Under the pieces are notes generated by a model. The model was not told the DNA's origin. It was given only the letters and a program-made list of their open reading frames with translations, and did no database searches. Source: Acidobacteriota bacterium (GTDB lineage Bacteria > Acidobacteriota > Vicinamibacteria > Vicinamibacterales > UBA8438). Taken from it: 64,000 nucleotides of DNA. Location: positions 65,186-129,185 of the forward strand of contig VXRJ01000032.1 in NCBI GenBank assembly GCA_009838525.1, in the 5' to 3' direction. This document shows positions 25,836 to 33,885 of this stretch, in pieces. The first letter of the stretch is position 1, and every line of letters starts with the position of its first letter. Position numbers and translations under genes: made by a program.

Positions 25836-26187
25836 TCAGGCTGCCCGCGAAAACGGGACAACTTCATGAACGGGGACTGTCACGGAATTATATGCAGTCT
25901 CGCCGAGGAAGGGTCAAGTTCCGAACGGCCCGGAAGGATCGCCTCGGGTGCTCGGCTCGAGTCAGCCGCGGGTGGCTGCCGCCAAGGAACTGGAGCTCGA
26001 TTCCGGGCCAGTGCGCATCCAGCGATCGCCCTGCGCATGAACGGTCATGCCCTCGATGCCGGACGCCTTCTCGTCGCCCGGACACGCGCCAGCGCCTTCT
26101 TCGGATTGTGCTAACTTGTTGTGCACGCGGCGCCGCGAAGTTCCTTAAGACGGGGTCATCGGCCGACGCCCATGGAAGCCAGGTGCG

Positions 26188-27462
26188 GTGATACAACCAG
26201 GTGGCAAGAGTTTACGGAAGATAGCGGTTGTTGGGCGAGGAACCGCCGGGTGCATGGCGGCGGCAAGCGTAACACGCCTTCATCCGGACCCCGACCACGA
26301 GCTACACCACATATATGACTCGCGCATTCCGGTAATCGGAGTGGGTGAAGGCAGTTGGCCAAGCCTCGTTCAGCAATTGCAGGAACTGACGAAACTTCCC
26401 CATGAAGCCGTTCAGCAACGCGTGCAAGGCACGCGCAAGTACGGTGTGGCGTTTGAAGGGTGGGGGCAGCGCAACCGGGACTTCACACACTACTTCACGC
26501 CGCAACAGGTGTCCTACGCCTACCACCTGTCTGCCGATTCAATGGCGGACTTGCTGAACGAAAGCGCCCGCGCGCGCCATATCGACGCGAGAGTTCTCAG
26601 TATCACCAGGGTGGAGGGTGGCGCTCAGGTCGAATTCGAAGGCCTGACGCCGGAACGCTACGACCTGGTCTTCGATGCCCGTGGGTTCCCGGCGGAACTT
26701 CACCCGGACCGGCACATCGACATCTCCTTCATCCCCACGAATACAGCCGTCATCCGCCGCTGTCCGGCGATCGTCCAGGAAAAAGAGGATATGCCGGTTC
26801 TGCAACCCACCTATACGCGTGCGGTTGCGCGTCCGCACGGCTGGATATTCGTCATTCCGCTTACCGTACACACGTCCTATGGGTATATCTTCAACCGCAA
26901 TGTATCGAGCCTTGACGAAGTTGAATCGGACTTTGACGCCTTCCTCGAATCCGATGGCGTATCGGAATTTGAGCAACGCGCCGTCATTTCGTTTCCGAAT
27001 TTCGTCCATCGTCATATTTATGATGGCGCAATAGCCCGGATCGGCAATGCAGCGGCCTTCATGGAACCCCTCGAGGCAACGGCGATCGTATCGGCGCAGT
27101 TGCAGATTGGGATGGTTCTCCACATACGCCTTAACCGTGCGATAGAGAATCTTGAGCGCGACGCTCCGGTGGTCAATCGATTCCTGGTCAACAACATGCT
27201 CTGCTACGGCCTGTTCGTCGGTTGGCACTATTCCTGTGGCTCGAAGTACGAGAGCAGGTTCTGGCGTCACGCTCGTGACCACGCCTGGCCGCAGCACCGG
27301 GAGGCAGCGGACCCCGAGGTGGTGGGTTGCGCCGCGCTCCGGAGATTCGACGAAATGATCGAACTGATGAACCAGTCCGTCATCGACAAGGCGGACTGGA
27401 ACCGGATGTGCGCGGTCCCGCTCACCAGCTATTGCCAGGTGTCCCAGGGCCTTGGTTGCTAG
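26188..27462 (+). CDS. Flavin-dependent tryptophan halogenase family protein (short form)
   Basis: 424 aa with a GTG start. 'KIAVVGRGTAGC' (GxGxxG), 'VIGVGEGS' (IGVGEAT-like), 'TRKYGVAFEGW' (the Lys of the K-x-G-x-x-F-x-x-W box), 'HGWIFVIPL' (WxWxIP variant) and 'FMEPLEATAI' (FxEPLEST box). Confidence 0.8.
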   Translation: MIQPGGKSLRKIAVVGRGTAGCMAAASVTRLHPDPDHELHHIYDSRIPVIGVGEGSWPSLVQQLQELTKLPHEAVQQRVQGTRKYGVAFEGWGQRNRDFTHYFTPQQVSYAYHLSADSMADLLNESARARHIDARVLSITRVEGGAQVEFEGLTPERYDLVFDARGFPAELHPDRHIDISFIPTNTAVIRRCPAIVQEKEDMPVLQPTYTRAVARPHGWIFVIPLTVHTSYGYIFNRNVSSLDEVESDFDAFLESDGVSEFEQRAVISFPNFVHRHIYDGAIARIGNAAAFMEPLEATAIVSAQLQIGMVLHIRLNRAIENLERDAPVVNRFLVNNMLCYGLFVGWHYSCGSKYESRFWRHARDHAWPQHREAADPEVVGCAALRRFDEMIELMNQSVIDKADWNRMCAVPLTSYCQVSQGLGC

Positions 27463-27514
27463 CAGCCCGTGGTCCTGGACCCGGGGGAGGAAACCGGCTG
27501 GCCGGAGCGGCGAG

Positions 27515-29173
27515 CTACTCCGGCAGCGCGAACGAGAAGACGGCGTTGCCTGCCGCGATGGCGACATGCTGCCGGCCATTGACGGCGTAGGCCATCGGGC
27601 CGGCATGGACACGGCCACCGATGTTCTTGTACCAGAGCCGCTCGCCGGTCAGAGCATCGAGCGCGAAGAAGAAACCGTCGGCGGTGCCGCCGAAGACCAG
27701 GTCGCCAGCCGTTGACATCAGGCCGGACGTTGTCCGTGAATCGACCTCGAACTCCCACTGCAGATCGCCGGTCTGCGGCGACAGGGCGCGAACGGCCCGC
27801 GTGTAGTTCTCCAGCGGCTCGGGGGACTCTCCTCCCCCGGCCCGGTAGCTCTGGCCTTCCTGGTACTCGACCGGGCGGATGAAGTATCGCGTCGCAGCGT
27901 CATACGCCATCACGTAGATCAGGCCCGTACGCGGACTGTAGGTGGGTGACCACCAGTTGGAGCCGCCAGTGATCGCCGGTGAGACGACAGTTCCTTCCCG
28001 TGACGGCTCCATCCCGGGAACCAGGATGGGCCGGCCGTTCTCGTCAAGCCCCTCCGCCCACGTCTGCCGGGCGTACGGCTTGCCGAGCAGGAATTCGCCG
28101 GTCTCACGGTCAAGCACGTAGAAGAAGGCATTGCGGTTCGGGAAGAGCATGAGCTTGCGCTCTTCGCCTTCCCATACGACGTCGGCCAGGATGGGGATCT
28201 GCGTCGCGTCCCAGTCGTGGATGTCGTGGGGGGTGAACTGGAAGTACCACTTCAGCTCGCCTGTATCGGCGTCGAGCGCCACCACCGAGTCGGAATAGAG
28301 GTTGTCGCCCTCCCGCACGGAGCCGTCGTAGTCGGGTCCCGGGTTGCCCGTTCCCCAATAGAGGAGATTCAACTCCGGGTCATAGGATCCGGTCATCCAG
28401 GTGGCTGCGCCGCCGGTTCGCCATGAATCGCCGGACCATGTGCGGTTGTCCGGGTGGTCAGGGCTGGGCGTGGTGTAGAAGCGCCATTCGCGCTCGCCGG
28501 TTTCAAGGCTGTAGGCATCAACGAGGCCCCGGATGCCGTACTCGCCACCCGCGACGCCGGTGAACACCTTGTCGCCGACGACTAGCGGCGCCGCTGTCTT
28601 GCTGTAGCCGGACGAAGCCTCGTGCACCTCGGTGTTCCACAGCACGCTGCCAGTTCGCGCGTCAAGCGCGACGATGTGCGCGTCGAGCGTGCTCATGATC
28701 ACCCGATCGCCCTGCACGGCGACGCCGCGGTTGTTCCGCCCGCAGCAGAAGATCAGATCGTCCGGTAACGGATGTTCGTAGCGCCAGTACGGCCGGCCCG
28801 TCGCCGCGTCGACCGCGATGACGGTGCTGGGCGACTCGGTGATGTACATCACTCCGTCGACCACGAGTGGCGTGGTCTCAGCGCGGTCGAGCACGGCCAA
28901 CTGGTAGACCCACGCGATCTCCAGATCCTCCACACTCCGCTGATCAATCTGATCCAGACGCGTGTAGCGCTGCGCCAGGTAGTTGCCCGAGTACATCAGC
29001 CAGTTGTGCGGCTCCGCGTCCGAGTTCAACAGCCGCTCCGGCGTTACCGGCGAGAACGCAGGAGCTTCGCGCTGTTCCTCCTGCGTCTGGGCGTTAACTC
29101 CGCCCGATGCGGCCAGCGCCACGACCGCCGCCAGCGCGACACCGACCGTTACCATCCAGGTTCGTGTCGTCAT
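27515..29173 (-). CDS. PQQ-dependent dehydrogenase, methanol/ethanol family (DxD lanthanide-type signature)
   Basis: Start moved to MTTRTWMVTVGVALAAVVALAASGGVNAQ (ATG 29173). Vicinal Cys pair 'IFCCGRNNRG', propeller W-motifs, and 'TPHDIHDWDAT'. Confidence 0.85.
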   Translation of the reverse strand: MTTRTWMVTVGVALAAVVALAASGGVNAQTQEEQREAPAFSPVTPERLLNSDAEPHNWLMYSGNYLAQRYTRLDQIDQRSVEDLEIAWVYQLAVLDRAETTPLVVDGVMYITESPSTVIAVDAATGRPYWRYEHPLPDDLIFCCGRNNRGVAVQGDRVIMSTLDAHIVALDARTGSVLWNTEVHEASSGYSKTAAPLVVGDKVFTGVAGGEYGIRGLVDAYSLETGEREWRFYTTPSPDHPDNRTWSGDSWRTGGAATWMTGSYDPELNLLYWGTGNPGPDYDGSVREGDNLYSDSVVALDADTGELKWYFQFTPHDIHDWDATQIPILADVVWEGEERKLMLFPNRNAFFYVLDRETGEFLLGKPYARQTWAEGLDENGRPILVPGMEPSREGTVVSPAITGGSNWWSPTYSPRTGLIYVMAYDAATRYFIRPVEYQEGQSYRAGGGESPEPLENYTRAVRALSPQTGDLQWEFEVDSRTTSGLMSTAGDLVFGGTADGFFFALDALTGERLWYKNIGGRVHAGPMAYAVNGRQHVAIAAGNAVFSFALPE

Positions 29174-29252
29174 GATGAACCTCTTATTCGTTTGGCCCCG
29201 CACTCCGAAAGGACGGATTCTAGCAGCCGGGGAATGCGCTAGACTGCGCGGC

Positions 29253-30224
29253 ATGCTTCGGAGAGGCGGGCGAGGCGATGCTCTTATGGCGCCAGGGATC
29301 GCTGCGGCGGTGTGTCTGGCGCTCGCCGTCCCGCTTTCCGGCCAGGGCACGTCGTCGGCGGCCGGCGAGCATCTGAATCCGGTGATCCACCGGCTCGCGG
29401 CGGGCGAGCTGGTCTTCGGCGTCAGCACCTACGACCTCTCGCTGGAGCACGCCCGATCGCTGGCGCGATCCGACATCGACTACGTCTACGTCGACATGGA
29501 ACACGGACCGATGGACTTCACCGCGCTCCAGACGTTCCTGCTGGGGATGATCGACAAGCAGGCAATTGCCGAGACCGATAGTCTGCGGCCCCGCGTGGCG
29601 GCGCTCGCACGGATCGCGCCGTACGGCCGCGAAACATCGGCGTGGGCCGTCAAGCAGGCGCTCGACATCGGACTGATGGGCCTTATCTTTCCGTCCATCG
29701 ACACCGCGGAGCAGGCGGAGCGCGCCGTCCGGTCGATGCGCTATCCGCAGCGTCGCGGGTCGCGGTATCCGCAGCCGCCCGGACAGCGAGGGTCGGGAGC
29801 GGCCATCGCCACCTGGTTCTGGGGCGTGTCGGGGGCGGAGTACGTGCGGCGCGCCGACCTCTGGCCACTCAACCCGGAGGGTGATCTGGTGGCGCTGATG
29901 ATGATGGAATCGGCCGAGGGCGTACGCAATGCGGACGCGATCGCGGCGGTGCCCGGCGTCACGGGGTTCTACGTTGGCCCGAGCGACCTCTCCAACTCCC
30001 TGGGTCTGCCGCGCGACGCCCCGGAGGTGGAAGAGGCGATTCAGACGGTGGCGGACGTCTGCGTGGCGCGAGACATCGCCTGCGGCATCACCGCGTCGGC
30101 GGCCGACATGCCGCGGCGGATCGCGCAGGGCTTCCGGATCCTCGGAGCGGGGCGCGCGGGCGGCGGGTTGACGGCGGGGAACGCGGCGGCGGTGCGGGCC
30201 GGGCGCAGCGCCCCTCGGAACTGA
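29253..30224 (+). CDS. HpcH/HpaI aldolase/citrate-lyase family protein (secreted?)
   Basis: 'DIDYVYVDMEHGP', 'ALMMMESAEGV' and 'GFYVGPSDLSNSLG' are family motifs. An N-terminal hydrophobic signal-like segment is unusual for this family. The start could also be 29286. Confidence 0.7.
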   Translation: MLRRGGRGDALMAPGIAAAVCLALAVPLSGQGTSSAAGEHLNPVIHRLAAGELVFGVSTYDLSLEHARSLARSDIDYVYVDMEHGPMDFTALQTFLLGMIDKQAIAETDSLRPRVAALARIAPYGRETSAWAVKQALDIGLMGLIFPSIDTAEQAERAVRSMRYPQRRGSRYPQPPGQRGSGAAIATWFWGVSGAEYVRRADLWPLNPEGDLVALMMMESAEGVRNADAIAAVPGVTGFYVGPSDLSNSLGLPRDAPEVEEAIQTVADVCVARDIACGITASAADMPRRIAQGFRILGAGRAGGGLTAGNAAAVRAGRSAPRN

Positions 30225-30293
30225 CTCGAATCGGGAAGGCGGAACGGCGGTGGCGGCACGCCCAGGCCCAGCCGCCGTGGACGCCGACGCGCC

Positions 30294-31682
30294 TCAACGC
30301 GACGTCCAGGCCGCGCTCAGGGACTCCCGATCCACCGCGGTACCGGCCAGGTAGACCGCGTCTATACGGCGCGTGCTGGTGATGTCGTCCAACGGGTTGC
30401 CGTCGAGCACGAGGAAGTCGGCGCGGGCGCCGGAGGTCAGCCGTCCGGTATCGCTCAGGCCGAGGCGGTCGGCGGACCGGCTCGTCGCCGTGACGATCGC
30501 ATCCATCGGACTCAGACCGGCCGCAACCATCAGCTCCAGCTCGCGGTGCGCGGAGAAGCCGAAAACGTGATCCTGCACACCGGAGTCCGAGCCGAGGACG
30601 AGTGACGCGCCCGCTGCCTGCAGCTTGGCGAGGCTGCGTTCCATCAGGGCATAGGACTGCGCGGCGCGCTCCGCGGCAGCGGGCTCCCGGCGGCTGAACG
30701 AATCGTCCATCCGGGCCAGGACGGCGGCGCCCACCGTCTCGGCCAGCAGTGGTTCGCCTACCCAGGGCGGTGGCGCGGCATGCCGGCCCCGCTCCGAGAT
30801 CCCGAGGTTCGGCATGACGAAGACATCGTTCTCGACAATCGCGTCTATCAGCGCGTCATCCATCTCCCGGTCGCGGACCAGATGCGCGAAACCATCGACG
30901 CCGGCCGCTACCAGGTCTTCCGCATCATCGTGATAGAAGACGTGCGCGATGACGTCGACACCCTGCTGATGGGCCTCGTCGATGATTGCCCGGTAATAGG
31001 CCGGCGCCAGCTTCTCGACCGTGCCGCCACGGTCGTCCACCCAGATCTTGATGAACGAAACGCCCTGCCCCGCGAGTTCCCTCACCAGGGCTCGTCCTTC
31101 GTCCTCGCTCGTCACACCGGCCGCCGATGGCCGAAGGGCGGCGGCGCCGGGACCGGCCATTGGCGCCGCCAGGCCGCGCCCCGCCGTGAAGAGCCGCGCC
31201 CCGCTGGTTCGGCCAGCCGCCTGATCGCTCTGGATTTCGCGCCAGAGATCACCGGCGTCCGTCCCCATCGAGACGATGACGCCGACGCCGTGGTAGGCGT
31301 AGCGCTGCAGGTGATCCTCAATGTTCTCGCGGGTGTAGTTAGCGCCGTCGTAGGTCAGACCGCGCTGAAATCCGACGTGGCCGTGCAGGTTGACGAGGGC
31401 CGGAATGACGGTTCGGCCGGAGAGATCGACGACGTGCGCCCCCTCGGGCGCCGTAACCGCATCGGCCGGGCCGGCGTCGATGATGACGCCTGTGTCCACC
31501 ACCAGCACGCCACCGTCGACCGGCGCCGCGCCGTCGCCCGGAATCAGCCGAGCGCCGCTGTAGACGACGGCAGTCACCGCCTCGGCGTCGGCGGGCGGAT
31601 TCGCCGCCGGCGCACCGCCGCACCCCCCGGCGAGCAGCAGCGCTCCGAGCACATGCAGGCAGGGTTGTGGACGCCTTCTCAT
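30294..31682 (-). CDS. Amidohydrolase-family lipoprotein
   Basis: Start at MRRRPQPCLHVLGALLLAGGCGG (lipobox, ATG 31682). 'IPALVNLHGHVGF' HxH motif, and 'VLGSDSG' plus 'DFLVLDGNPLDDI' C-terminal motifs of Amidohydro_1/3. Confidence 0.75.
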   Translation of the reverse strand: MRRRPQPCLHVLGALLLAGGCGGAPAANPPADAEAVTAVVYSGARLIPGDGAAPVDGGVLVVDTGVIIDAGPADAVTAPEGAHVVDLSGRTVIPALVNLHGHVGFQRGLTYDGANYTRENIEDHLQRYAYHGVGVIVSMGTDAGDLWREIQSDQAAGRTSGARLFTAGRGLAAPMAGPGAAALRPSAAGVTSEDEGRALVRELAGQGVSFIKIWVDDRGGTVEKLAPAYYRAIIDEAHQQGVDVIAHVFYHDDAEDLVAAGVDGFAHLVRDREMDDALIDAIVENDVFVMPNLGISERGRHAAPPPWVGEPLLAETVGAAVLARMDDSFSRREPAAAERAAQSYALMERSLAKLQAAGASLVLGSDSGVQDHVFGFSAHRELELMVAAGLSPMDAIVTATSRSADRLGLSDTGRLTSGARADFLVLDGNPLDDITSTRRIDAVYLAGTAVDRESLSAAWTSR

Positions 31683-31742
31683 GTTGCCTCCGGTTCCGGG
31701 TCTTGGGAATAATAGCGATTCCGTTCCTGCCCCACTCCTGTC

Positions 31743-32723
31743 ATGACCGTCTTCGTCACCGGCGCCGCCGGCTACATCGGAAGCGTGGTGGCGGAGAGGT
31801 TGCTGGCAAACGGCGATGCCGTCGTCGCCTTCGACAACCTCGTCCAGGGCCATCGCGCCGCCGTACCGGATGGTGCGCAGTTCGTGGAAGGCGACCTGCG
31901 CGATCGCGCGCACCTGGCGGAGGTGCTGGCGGATGTCAGGCCCGACGCCGTCATGCACCTGGCGGCCGAGTCGCTGGTGGGCAAGTCGGCCACCGACCCC
32001 GCGGCGTTCTACGACGTGAACGTCACAGGCGGGCTGAACCTGCTCGACGCGATGCGCAGCGCCGGCGTCACACGCCTCGTCTTCTCGTCAACCGCGGCCG
32101 TGTACGGAGAACCCTCCGAGGTGCCGATCCGGGAGGACGCGCCGCTTCGGCCGGTCAACGCCTACGGCGCCTCGAAGCTCGCGTTTGAGCACGCCCTTCC
32201 GTGGTACGCCTCCGCCTACGGGCTGCAGCATTGCTCGCTCCGATACTTCAACGCCTGCGGCGCCACCGCTGCGCATGGTGAGTTTCATGTCCCGGAAACC
32301 CATCTGGTCGCAATCCTCATCGAGGTAGCGCTCGGTCTGCGCGACGAGATCCGGATCTTCGGGACCGACTACGACACGCCGGACGGCACCTGCATTCGCG
32401 ACTACGTGCATGTCGCCGACATCGCCGAAGCGCATCTGTTGGCGCTGGCCCGGCTCGGCACGCTCGACACGAATGCCGCCGCCCTCAATCTCGGGAACGG
32501 CGCCGGATTCTCCAACCGCGAGGTGGTTGACGCGGCGCGGAGGATCACCGGCCACGCCATCCCAGCCGTCGATGCGCCGCGCCGGCCGGGCGATCCGGCG
32601 ACGCTGGTTGCCAGCGCCGACCGTGCCCGCTCCGTCCTCGGGTGGTCGCCCCGCTACACGACGCTGGAGTCGATGATCAAGACGGCGTGGGCGTGGCGAA
32701 AGAATCGGCCACGACCGTACTGA
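31743..32723 (+). CDS. galE: UDP-glucose 4-epimerase
   Basis: 326 aa. 'VFVTGAAGYIGS' Rossmann motif, 'FSSTAAVYG', catalytic 'YGASKLAFE' (YxxxK) and 'DGTCIRDYVHVAD'. Confidence 0.9.
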   Translation: MTVFVTGAAGYIGSVVAERLLANGDAVVAFDNLVQGHRAAVPDGAQFVEGDLRDRAHLAEVLADVRPDAVMHLAAESLVGKSATDPAAFYDVNVTGGLNLLDAMRSAGVTRLVFSSTAAVYGEPSEVPIREDAPLRPVNAYGASKLAFEHALPWYASAYGLQHCSLRYFNACGATAAHGEFHVPETHLVAILIEVALGLRDEIRIFGTDYDTPDGTCIRDYVHVADIAEAHLLALARLGTLDTNAAALNLGNGAGFSNREVVDAARRITGHAIPAVDAPRRPGDPATLVASADRARSVLGWSPRYTTLESMIKTAWAWRKNRPRPY

Positions 32724-32740
32724 CGTGACTCAGCATTAGG

Positions 32741-33880
32741 CTACCGATCGACAAAGATCGCCTTCGGAACGAACGCCGTGACGACCTGGGTCAGGTCGAC
32801 CGCTTCGGCGACACGGTAGTCGACGGCAATGCTCGCGAGCGAGTAGGCGCGCGCACGGTTGACGCCGTACTCCTCCACCAGGAAGTCGATGGTCGCGGCG
32901 ACCGCCTTGCGCAGGGCGCGATCGAGGTCGAGGTCGATCCCCATCAGGATGTGATGCGTCGCGTTCTCGGCCCGCGGGCCGTCGATCGACCGATCCTTGT
33001 GCAGAACGAAACGGAAGTCACCGGTGAGCGACTGCTCGATGGCGGTCCCGCTCACCTCGCCGTCGCCCTGGACGGAGTGCGGATCGCCCACATAGAAGCG
33101 GGCGCCCGGATGGAAGACCGGCAAGTAGAGCGTCGTCCCGGCGGCCAGATCCTTGACGTCGAGGTTGCCGCCGAACGGACCGGGCGGGCGCGAGCCCTGA
33201 ACGCCGGGGACGTCCACCCCCGGCTGCCCCACTGTCGGGGCCTCCGGCGCCACCGCCATCACCCCCATGAACGGTGCGAGGGGAATTCGGATGTTGTCGG
33301 CGAACAACGCCACCTCGGTTCCGTCCACCTCGGCGGTCCGGATGAAGTGGCGGACCGGCTCCATGTCCATCGGTTCGTCGCCAGGTGACGATCCGGGATA
33401 GTCGGGAGAAAAGACGCCGCTCGTCGCGCTCGTGTTGTTGATGCCGTACGGCACGCGGGTCTCGATCGAGAGGATCTGCACCTCGAGCATGTCGCCCGGC
33501 TCGGCATCCTCGATGTAGATAGGCCCGGTGATGACGTGCGCGCTCCGACCTTCGCGCGGGCGGTCGCCGCGGGTCAGCCAGAAGTCGATCACGTCCTGGA
33601 GAATCTCTTCCGGCGAGACGCCGAACTGGTTGAGGTAGCGTTCCGGATCCTCCGCCTGCGTCGCGCCGGCGTGGGTGAGGGTGTCAATCCGGACCGTTTC
33701 GCCCGACCGGATGGTCAGGACCGGTTCACGGTCGATCGGGAACCAGCCCCAGACGACATTCTCGGGTGTGGAAGGGACATGATGCGCCGGCTCGGCCGGC
33801 TGCGCGGCAGCCAGGCCGGGCGCGACACCAATGGCAGCGCAGAACACCAAGCCGACTAGGCCGTGGCGCACCGTCGACAC
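32741..33880 (-). CDS. Acetamidase/formamidase-family protein (secreted)
   Basis: 379 aa with a signal peptide. 'VVWGWFPIDREPVLTIRSGETVRIDTL', 'GPIYIEDAEPGDMLEV' and 'GGNLDVKDL..GTTLYLPV...GDPHSVQGDGEV' match FmdA/AmdA-family blocks. Confidence 0.8.
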   Translation of the reverse strand: MSTVRHGLVGLVFCAAIGVAPGLAAAQPAEPAHHVPSTPENVVWGWFPIDREPVLTIRSGETVRIDTLTHAGATQAEDPERYLNQFGVSPEEILQDVIDFWLTRGDRPREGRSAHVITGPIYIEDAEPGDMLEVQILSIETRVPYGINNTSATSGVFSPDYPGSSPGDEPMDMEPVRHFIRTAEVDGTEVALFADNIRIPLAPFMGVMAVAPEAPTVGQPGVDVPGVQGSRPPGPFGGNLDVKDLAAGTTLYLPVFHPGARFYVGDPHSVQGDGEVSGTAIEQSLTGDFRFVLHKDRSIDGPRAENATHHILMGIDLDLDRALRKAVAATIDFLVEEYGVNRARAYSLASIAVDYRVAEAVDLTQVVTAFVPKAIFVDR

Positions 33881-33885
33881 GCGAC

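Noticed and set aside
25866-26114. 82-aa ORF in the divergent intergenic region, considered as a possible second RiPP precursor
   Set aside because: It has no NHLP/Nif11-like leader pattern, no Gly-Gly-type site, no SD, and an Arg/Ala-rich shadow-like composition. The region is more likely to hold the divergent promoters.
28983-29252. 5' extensions of track ORFs 28983..30224, 27515..29428, 30294..31958, 42826..44127, 51535..53679 and 53730..55208
   Set aside because: The extensions overlap neighbouring genes or run antisense to them and have shadow-like composition. In each case an internal start with a signal peptide, family N-terminus or SD gives the expected protein length.
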